Assembly: GCA_951406725.2 (NCBI GenBank)
Contig: OX597833.1
Span: forward strand, 35,340,001-35,404,000
DNA from: Octopus vulgaris
Taxonomy: Eukaryota
DNA length: 64,000 bases
Direction: 5' to 3'
This document shows, in pieces, positions 54,598 to 64,000 of this stretch. The notes beneath the pieces were generated by a model. The model did no database searches. It was not told the origin of the DNA and worked only from the letters and a program-made list of their open reading frames with translations. How positions within the stretch are numbered: position 1 is the stretch's first letter; each line of letters starts with the position of its first letter. The position numbers and the translations under genes are program-made.

Positions 54598-55239
54598 TGA
54601 CGTAATTACCATGCTGCCAATCCATTGATATCGCTCTGATTTTATAGCATGGAGAAATCCTTTGAATCTGTCTTCACTAGTGCAGTTGCTTGTAGGCGTC
54701 TGGCACAGAATCTGACCAATGAAAGACAGTTGGTCGTGTCACGTGACATTTACAATTTTTCTCCTTCTATCGAGTATCGCAGCTATCTCTCTTTTGTAAG
54801 ATTGATTCTATGCGGACTGACTGACAAGCACATAGACATATACACTGACAACGACAGACAATCTAGACCTTGGATGTATACTACTATTGTTGCAGCAGCA
54901 ATGTGACTACTGCTGCTGCGGCTATTACAGCTGCTGCTGCTGCTGCCGCTGTTATTATCATTGATGTTGACGATGATGAACTTAATTGCATATAAATGCA
55001 GACAGAAGAGTTTAAGAAAGTTGTAAATTATATATCATATACTAAAACGAATAATGAATATGCGAAGGAAACATTAGCATAAATTTTGAAATACACTTCA
55101 AAGCAATTGTATGTAAAACATATAACCCAACTGATTAATTTAAAATTAAGTACATAAAACTAAAACGTCAATATTTGAGGAAAACTGAAAATATTATGAA
55201 ATATACGGAAATTCATTTTCCCCTCTATTTCTGTTTATT

Positions 55240-55460
55240 GGTTTGGCCAGGAAGAAAGAGCTGATCCCTTGGTCATCACAGGTCTCCTGAGACCAGTGGG
55301 ATCGACGCCAGTGATGTTTCTCTTGAATCGTATGCAAACAGACAATTCCTGGGGAAACATAGTCAGGGAGCGAATTTCAGAAGTATCAACGTTTTGGAAA
55401 AGGAGTGGGTGTAGTGATTAAAGTTGGGGGCTGGAGGAAGGGAACTGTACGATTGAAGAT
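55240..55460 (-). pseudogene. CR1/L2/Jockey-type LINE 3' fragment
   Basis: Minus pieces HYTHSF, F*NSLPDYVSP and FKRNI match the C-terminal SFF...WNSLP..VFP...FK motif. Confidence 0.6.
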
Positions 55461-56860
55461 AATGTCGGGGAATCATCTCTTAATTTTACATTCGCATTAG
55501 TTTCCTTACTGAATAAACTCATCAAATTAATCTGAAAAGAAGACAATACAAAATCTTCATTAAGATGACACCTAAAAACACAGCAGCCAAATTTCTCTCA
55601 GAGCACATTATCTTATCTTTAGAAGAATCCCCTCATAGCTGTAATTTTGGACATTGTGCTTGCAAAAAAAAAAAAAAAATGTTCGAAATGCTTTTGATTG
55701 TAGTCCTGGTTGATCAGAATTGACTTGGAAGTTAAACAACATTTATACGAACAGGCCAGCAGTCTCTACTTGGTCGATTAACTGGTTTGAAATAGCAGTC
55801 TAATCTTTTCATAAAAAATGAACGGCACGTCGTAAAAAATGAACGGTACACATAAGATAATTTAGTCCAAGATAAACGCCACCCAATAACTTCTTTGACC
55901 ACTGAGGCAATTATGATGTCCTAGTTCTCGATTGCCTGGAGTGTGAGAAAAAACAGAGAATAATCAACTTAACTGGACCGTCCGTCCGTCCACCGACTGA
56001 TATGTTTCCCTCCTCCAGGCACGAAACTCTCGTTTGTTTTCCATACATAAAATTACCTTTCACTGTTTCTTTAAAAACATATGAAACTAAAACTTTGATG
56101 GGTATAAAGGAAGTTAACATTCTTTACCTCATTTAGCATCTGCGATGCCCTGAAGATTGTATGATACTCATAGGACAGACCAGCCAGAGATTTTCTCGGA
56201 ATTTTGTGTGATATCGAGATTCACGAGAGTTACTGTCCTAGTTTGTAATTATCGTTGATATTTTTGTATTGGTTTTTAAGTTAGAAAGAAGAAACCGTAC
56301 CCATGGGTTTCACAGGACCTCCGAAGGAGCCGATATTGATATGATTAAGGATCATCTTGATCAAATGTAAATCGACGGCCGCAATAAAAATAGGTATGAA
56401 AGAGAAGTAATTACAAAAGTTGGAAAGATCGAACACATTAGTTAGTGCAGAACTAGAGAAAACACTGTACGGTTGACTAGAACAAAAGAGATGTATGAAA
56501 AGCGTGGGCTTCAGTAGAGGTGATGCACAACAAAGCAGTTTTGCAGAGTAGACGCCATTGTAATAGAAAGAGCCAGATAAAGGAACAAAATAGAAAGATC
56601 CCGTCTGTTACTAGAGGCTGAAGTATATTGGTGAGTGACACCATCCTCATTAGACGGAGGAATACTGTCTAAGAGGTGTGGTCTAAGAGTCATATAAACA
56701 GTCAGACACCGTTGGAAGCCAGAGTATTTTCTGGGATGCAATTTTTCCTGTGTTGTGAACGTGAAATAAACAGGGAAGGTCTTTAGCAAAGCATAACGTT
56801 TTCTATCTAAAAAATGTTCGACCATCCATAGGCGATCTTCAATCCACTAAAAATATAGTT

Positions 56861-56897
<37 letters not shown>

Positions 56898-58519
56898 TGA
56901 GCGGTAAATAAACTGTTGTCAAGCCGCAAAGCCACAGACTTGAGAAGGCCAGCGTCTTCTGTTCCCACCTGATATCTTACCCTTTCTGCAAGAACCAACT
57001 TGATTTGTGAGGTCACCGGTTGCAAGATTTCTGCATTAGGTTTTAGTCTGAGTTGATATTTCAACACTTCCTCATTAAATGTTCTCCATTTACTATTACG
57101 ACTCGAAAACCATATTATAGAACTGTTTGCAAGGAATAATTCTACCCAATGAAATACGTATTAAGGAACTGCAGTAAAAGTCATTGATTAGCACCAAGCA
57201 GAAGCTACTATAGAGCGTTGCAGTACAAAATGTAACTGAAAGATTACATTTAAATTTTGGGAATAGTGTTTTCAAACTAGATCCATATATACATTAAATA
57301 CTATAAACACTTATTCAGAAAAAGTATACATCCCCAAGTACACAAACTCTGTCTTGAAGAACTTTGCATACATACGAACACATTTAAACTTTTATATTGT
57401 ATAACGTACTAATAGTGCAACATGTTATACTTGATCAAAACTTATCTAAACATACCGACAGCTTCCATAATGTCTGCATGTGTCTGTTCATAACTTCATT
57501 AGATAAACATCAAGAGAAAATAAACAGATTGTGTAGTGTTGTGTTTTGTGTGTTTGTGTATGTGTATTAGTGTGTATGTATATATGGAATCGTATTTGGT
57601 CATTAGTTTACATAAAAGGACAAATATGTTTCATTCACACATGTGTGAATGTGCATGATAAAGATTATCTCACAAACTCACTCTGTATTTATCTTCTTGG
57701 GGTTTTAAAACACCCAATCTGGCAAAATATCGTGGATTTTTTTTCCCGCTTTTTACGAAATTTCACTAAAAAATATAGATAACATCGTTGCAGTGTCCTG
57801 CTAACAGTATTTAAGGCACTTAAATACTTTTGCTTTAAAATTCAAGATTAATTCTATCCAAATAAATTACCAGCTGTGTTGTTTTTGTTATCTGTAGTTA
57901 TCATAATATGTTTCTGTGTTTTTGTGTTCGTGTGTCGGTTTGGGAACATATTTTATTTCATACGTATACATATTTTTTCAAGTGCAGCTGTATGGCGAGA
58001 GTCAATAACTATTTTTATTGTATTGTTCATTAACGTTACAGTATTTCTGTGATATACAAAGATATTTCGAGTAAATTAACTCTTTGTATCCTGTGTAATT
58101 CATAATAAATGTTTGCCTCAAACAACAATTAACACTATTTTAACAAAAATTTAATTAAACTTAATAGCTTGAATTGGTTGACGTCACTTGCAAACTTTAC
58201 ATTCTTTTTGAAAAGAAAAGTTTTTAGTTGTAGCTGGTCTTTGACCAAAACACATTCCATTCGTGATAAGCCAATTTAAAAAAAAATAAGAATAATTTAT
58301 ATGTGAATGCACTAATGACTGACTTCTCTTTTTAACGACGTTAGGATGTGATATGAAGCGAATTTAGTTGCGATTTCTAACTGGTCGCGTGAATATATAA
58401 AGTAGTACACAGTGTCTCATTTTTTAGTTTGTAAACATAGCAGCTTTGAGAAAGAAGATTTAATAAGACTAAGAATTTTCCAAGAAATAGGGTCATATGA
58501 AAATTCCATTTGTTACAGT

Positions 58520-58575
<56 letters not shown>

Positions 58576-59063
58576 GTGTTATCATGTACATTGTTTTGTC
58601 TTGGTATAAAAGATGGACTACTGAAAATATTCTACTCAATACCACAGATTTGCTTGTCAATTGTTTGACCGTAACTTGTTGAGCATGTCACTGATGACAT
58701 GTGCATCGCTGATCACGAGCTGGGGTGATGGGGGAGCATCATAGCCATGTGTTGAGAGGAATTCTTTGAGATTTGGATAGTTCACCTTTGGAAACATAGG
58801 TGTTTCGTTCAACATCCTTAAACAACACTTATTCAGGGACGTTTTGAGCGGGCTGGGCTACTCGAACCGAAGAAAATTCTAACTGGGCCCCACCTGCAAG
58901 GTCATGCGCTGTTTATCTTGATATGAGGTCACCATGTCGCGCACATATGGTTATGATGCATGTGCCTGATGTACCTTTATCAGACGGGTAGTCACGATGG
59001 GTATACTGGGCTTCGTATATTTTACCCACGATTCACTTTGATGGCATGCACTACTCTCTCACT
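58576..59063. mobile_element. GC-richer interspersed repeat inserted between two (AAT)n tracts (possibly Dong/R4-related)
   Basis: About 490-bp island bounded exactly by (AAT)n at 58524-58575 and 59064-59157. Family guess rests only on the known TAA-repeat preference of Dong elements. Confidence 0.4.
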
Positions 59064-59079
59064 CAATAATAATAATAGA

Positions 59080-59157
<78 letters not shown>

Positions 59158-59465
59158 CCTTTCTACAGTAGGCACAAAGTCTGAAGTTTGGGGGGAAGGT
59201 GCTAGTCGGATACACTGATTAACTGGTAATTTGTGTTATCGACGTCGGCGGAATCTGCAACCCCAAAAGTACAGTTAGAAGAAATGCTGTTAAGCATTTT
59301 GTCCGACAGTTATTTGATGGTACTTCATTTTATTTAACTCTGGAAGGAGGAAAGGCAAATTTGACCTCTGAGGAATTTGAACCCAGAAGGTAAAGAGTCT
59401 TAACTGAATAGTACAAGGTATTTTCTCCGACAGTTTTATCGATTCTACCAAATCACCACCTCAAA
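59158..59465 (-). mobile_element. Two partial SINE family B units; tail runs into (ATT)n
   Basis: CCTTTCTACAGTAGGCACAA..AACTGGTA..TCGGCGGAAT, then a second GAAAGGCAAATTTGACCTC..GGAATTTGAAC. Confidence 0.7.
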
Positions 59466-59765
59466 ACAATAACAGCAATTTCTGATGAAGAAATAATTGC
59501 ATAACGAATCGTCGACTGGAGAATGCCATTGGATTAACTGCTTCTGTAATAATTTCTTAAATTTACTTGTTGGGTCTTCTAAAATCTTCCATAGGCAAGT
59601 TTCATACGGGGTTGTCAGAACAATTTTATGAAAGATAGTATAGAATTTTCAAGAAATAGTGGATAACGTGAGAAATTTTTCTTACAAGTCGGTTCTAATT
59701 TACATGATTTATATTTTAATAAGATTTTCATTAAAATTGTTAATTTCATGAATTAAAATCTATAT

Positions 59766-59957
59766 AGGCGCAGTGTGGTAACAACCTTGCTTCCCAAACA
59801 TATGGTTCCAGGTTCAGTCCCACGGAGTGGCACCTTGAACAAGTGTCTTCTACTATAGCTTTGGGTCGATCAAAGCCGTAAAAATGGATTTTGTAAACGG
59901 AAACTGAAAAGAGATCGTCGTATATATATATATATATATATGCATACAGACGCACAT

Positions 59958-60045
<88 letters not shown>

Positions 60046-60230
60046 GTGTGTGTGTGAGTGTGATGTTGATGTATTTAACACTGCGTAAGCTAGCGGTTCG
60101 GCAAAAGAGACCAATAGAATAAGACTCAAAGAAAAAGTATTGGGGTAGAGTCATTCGCTTAAATATCCTTCAAGGAAATCCTCCAGCATGACCACAGTCT
60201 AATAACCGAAATATTTAAAAGATGAAAGAA
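59766..60230 (+). mobile_element. SINE family A, diverged, expanded internal (CA)n
   Basis: GGTTCAGTCCCAC..GGCACCTTGAACAAGTGTCTTCTACTATAGC and TAGCGGTTCGGCAAAAGAGACC. Confidence 0.85.
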
Positions 60231-60354
60231 GTCTCAAGTAAGACACTTTGAAACAAACAAAACAAAATTTCAACAGTAGTATACATTCCCCGAAAACAGA
60301 GTCGCATAATGGTGCTCTACATTGGCAAAAGGGAAGAAACATTTTTCTTGTTAA

Positions 60355-60580
60355 TATTGGTTTCAATTTTTGGGTCAAGGTCCGCAATTTTGGGAAAGAG
60401 GACAAGTCTGTTACAACCAGCCCAGAACTCAACTGGTATTTCTTTTATTGACCCTCAAAATAATGAAAATCAAAGTTAACCTCTGCGGAATTTGATCGCA
60501 AAACATAAAAAAAAAACTCCAGAAGAGATGCCACGAAGCATTTTGCCCGACGTGCTTACGATTCTGATAGCTCGCCGCCA
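60355..60580 (-). mobile_element. SINE family B, diverged, GAAACC-type tail
   Basis: TGGTTTCAATTTTTGG..AACTGGTA..GCGGAATTTGA..GATTCTGATAGCTCGCCGCC. Confidence 0.7.
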
Positions 60581-61860
60581 TTTTCATTTATGGTTATATT
60601 AATACAACACAAAGCTTATAGCTATTCTTGTATATTTGAGTACTTAGAAAATGCGTAGTGCGAGAGAAAAAGACAGAGATAACAAGATAGAAAGAGAGGG
60701 TGGGCAGAGGCATGTAGGCAGACGTTGAATAAAGGAAAATTATTTTCCAGTGATTATTCATGTGTTTGAGCATGTTTTTGAACTTATGGGTGTGATTTGA
60801 ATGTATACATGAATATAAAAGATACGTTGATAAATACACATGTAACTATAGACTTAATAATTTATCTGACTATTTTTCATAAGATATATGCATTAAATAC
60901 AAAACTCATTTTTGTCCCAAACCAAATATATGAAATCATTACCAAGGCATGTTTGCAATAAAAGGATCTTGAAGCAAATTAAGAACAACTGTAGATATTA
61001 AGTTGCCTCCCCTTTTGCCTCTAGGCTGGTGGATGATTAATACACATCTCTCTAGGGATTATTCATAACATGGAGATTATTCATAATTTTCTGATTTACT
61101 CTTTTGTCTGGTAGCCTTCAACAGCTGAACCAGGTTTTTTTTTCGGAATAAATATCAAGAACTCTCCTGAGCAGCATTCATAAGAAGTCCTGATATCCGC
61201 TTTATTCTCAAGAACTTTGCATTTTCTGTCTTGAAAATCGAATATTATACACATTTAAATTAATATAATCGACGACTGACCTCAATGTAGTTTGATTTGA
61301 TACAACATACAATGAAGTTCGTGTTAGTCTCTCTCAGACTGGTTAGATACAGTCCTGTACATTATTTGCTCCTTATGCAAAGTATATTTGGATGCTGTTT
61401 GAAATTCAGATCTGTGACATAATCCGTATATATGTTAGCATCAACTGATAAATGTTAATGACACTATCAAACTTTATAAACGCTATCTCTTCTGATATAA
61501 GCTCCTATATCTATTCTTTTGTTTAACGTATTAAATCTTTCTAGGAGTATAAACAGGATTTTGCTACCAAATTCTTTTCCTACTTTGAGAAATCGGTGAA
61601 TGAATTCTTCCTAATAATATTTTTCGTGTATAATCCAGTAGGGGTACTTTTTTGTACTTATTAAAGCAATCACCACCGAACTAAACGATATTAAAGATAG
61701 TTTTTGTGCTGCTTTGGATTTGAAGTATGTTTGTGATGCTTCACAGTATTCTTGTCTCACCCTAGTAAAGCTAAAGAAAATAATATGGAGGTGACTCCAG
61801 TTGATCAGATATTTTATATTCGTTTTCATATGAGCGGTCATAATATTCTACATAGAATAT

Positions 61861-62092
61861 TAAGACGGCGAGCTGGCAGAAACGTTAGCACGCCGGGCGA
61901 AATGCTTAGTGGTATTTCGACTGTCGTTATGTTCTGAGTTCAAATTCCGCCAAGGTCGACTTTGCCTTTCATCCTCTTGGGGTCGATAAATAAAGTACCA
62001 GTTTCGCACTGGGTCGATGTAATCAACTTAATCCCTTTTTCTATCCTTGTTTGTCCTCTCTATGTTTAGCCCCTTGTGGGTAGTAAAGAAAT
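61861..62092 (+). mobile_element. SINE family B, full length, perfect 18-bp TSD
   Basis: A-box-like TGGCAGAAACGTTAGC and B-box GAGTTCAAATTCC. TSD ATATTCTACATAGAATAT at 61843-61860 and 62093-62110. Confidence 0.92.
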
Positions 62093-63197
62093 ATATTCTA
62101 CATAGAATATACCTGAGAGTAGAGTAATATTTAAATTTAGCACAGAAGTATAAAACGCTTAGAAACTTGTCAAATCTGCACTATGATAACTCCACAGTGC
62201 TATCTAGTAGTATCTAGAGTTGTATCTAAGATATGGGTATTGTGTACGTAAAAGACCTACTTCCATTATCCACTAAAACTGGTTTTGATAAGTTCTACCA
62301 AAGACTCACGCCATCACCCTATCATGGCAAATATATAGCAAAATCATATATTTCTTTATGTACTCAACCATGAAAGAAGTATGTTCCGACATACTGTGAC
62401 GAAGGCTTGTAGTGAATTCCATAGCTCATCAGATATAGCATACAGGGGAAAATCTGTCAATTACGTTACGAGTAATTTCTGAAACCACATTGGCACCCAG
62501 GCAAGGTACCATCTATGATGTACTTACCGAGTACTTATTATAGTTGAAAGGAGTAAAGTACATGGTACTTTGCAAGTTCTGAAAGACAAAAGCCATTATG
62601 GAATTTTGCTGGAAGGGAGTATAACGCAATGAAATCGAAGCAGAAGAAGAAATTATGAAAGAATGGAGCTGAAATAAGTTGGAAACATTTAAATTATTAA
62701 AACGAGCACATGTGTGCATAAATACACACACACATGCACAAACACGCACACATAACACACACATATGCACAACAGTCATACCATACATTTACACATTTAT
62801 GCACATAGTCACACACACACACACACACACAAACACACACATATATACCCGCACACTTTTCTAAGAACTAATATGACAAGTGTCTTTTATTGGCAAACAT
62901 GTACTTTGGGTATGCATATATATTAATGCAATATTCACCAACGCAGCAAATATTATACTAAGAGAGTAAAAAACAAAAAAACTTGTCTCTCACTTTGGAA
63001 TGTCTTTGAGCCATTGCAGTTGTGAAATATTCACTAATTAATGAACTTAGCAATTATTCTAAAATATTTTAGTGTGTCTTTATTTACCTTTCATTATGTT
63101 TTTACATAACTTTATTTCGTAATTATTTCGTATGATGTTGCATATATTTGTGTTAGTGTCTGTACGTGTTTCTGTGTGTGTATATGCATGTAAATAA

Positions 63198-63257
<60 letters not shown>

Positions 63258-63559
63258 ACATGAGCTTGTGCTTGTACATATATGCATGTGCGCAATGCAT
63301 TCACACGTGTATCCCCAATCATTGTATAGGTAGACGATTAAAATATGTATTTCTAATTTGTCAAGTAAACGATTTAATATATTTCTAAATTACGAACTTA
63401 AACTCTTGTAAAGTAGTCAAAAGTTTTTTAAAATCCTCATTAACAATAGGGCAATTATTTTTGTGATTCTATTTTGTATTCTTTGAAAAGCCAAATCACG
63501 GGAGTAATTTGATACAAACTTATAACAATGTTTCTGTGTTATGAAGTATGAGATACAGT

Positions 63560-63692
63560 GGAGGCGCGTGGATTAGTGGTTAGGGTGTCAGCGATGGACT
63601 GGCATCCCGTCCAGCTGGGGAACACATACGCCATAGAAACCGGGCCCATGATCCTGGCTAGGCTTTAAAAGGACGCATTTATTTTTTATTTT
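63560..63692 (+). mobile_element. Internally deleted SINE family C (A-box head fused to V-like block)
   Basis: GGAGGCGCGTGGATTAGTGGTTAGGGTGTCA|GCGATGGACTGGCATCCCGTCCAGCTG..ACACATACGCCA.AGAAACCGGG matches the 3' part of 2390-2700. GAGATACA occurs on both sides. Confidence 0.75.
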
Positions 63693-64000
63693 ACATTAGA
63701 GATACACAGGTATATGAGTCTGTTTATATATCAGTCTGTCAGTATACATGAATATGTTTGTAAATTTCTGCGTGCGTGTGTGTGTGTGTGTGTGTGTGTA
63801 TGTGTTTTAGTTGTAAGCTGTAGTCGCACTCCGTAGCTACTTTGTTTAAATCGTTTTCTCCTGATATGGAATCAACCTAAATGAATTTAAACACAGTAAG
63901 AGAAGAAATCTTGAGAACTGTGTGACAGACTGATAACTATTTTACTTAAAACTCTGAATGATGACAAAAATCATTGATCCGGTTTAATATAGTAATTAAA

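Noticed and set aside
53206-54605. Several 100-255 aa S/L/F-rich ORFs
   Set aside because: Products of the polypyrimidine tract, which lacks stop codons by composition.
56280-57090. Possible LINE-derived peptide fragments
   Set aside because: No diagnostic motif that I could align confidently; needs a translated repeat-library search.

Overview
AT-rich, microsatellite-dense eukaryotic intergenic or intronic DNA. The repeat repertoire (tRNA-derived SINE families, RTE/CR1/Tx1-like LINE remnants, mariner/Tigger fossils, (TA)n/(CA)n/(AAT)n arrays) most resembles an octopod cephalopod genome; this is inferred from recall, not a search. I find no credible host protein-coding exon. Almost all ORFs in the track are microsatellite translations, and the few protein-like stretches are broken transposon fragments. 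The most interesting signals are: (1) short Penelope-like termini carrying minimal hammerhead-ribozyme motifs (CUG[A/U]UGA-stem II-GAA-ACGU-H, with H = C, U, A in three copies) that abut (TA)n and form tail-to-tail hairpins; (2) a separate type I hammerhead candidate at 1268-1328; (3) a SINE family with three interchangeable 3' tails, one matching the 3' end of a Tx1/L1-like LINE fragment in this window; (4) SINE tails seeding large (AAT)n arrays; (5) a few repeat-free islands with clustered transcription-factor motifs. Coordinates were read by eye, so boundaries of diverged repeats are approximate.
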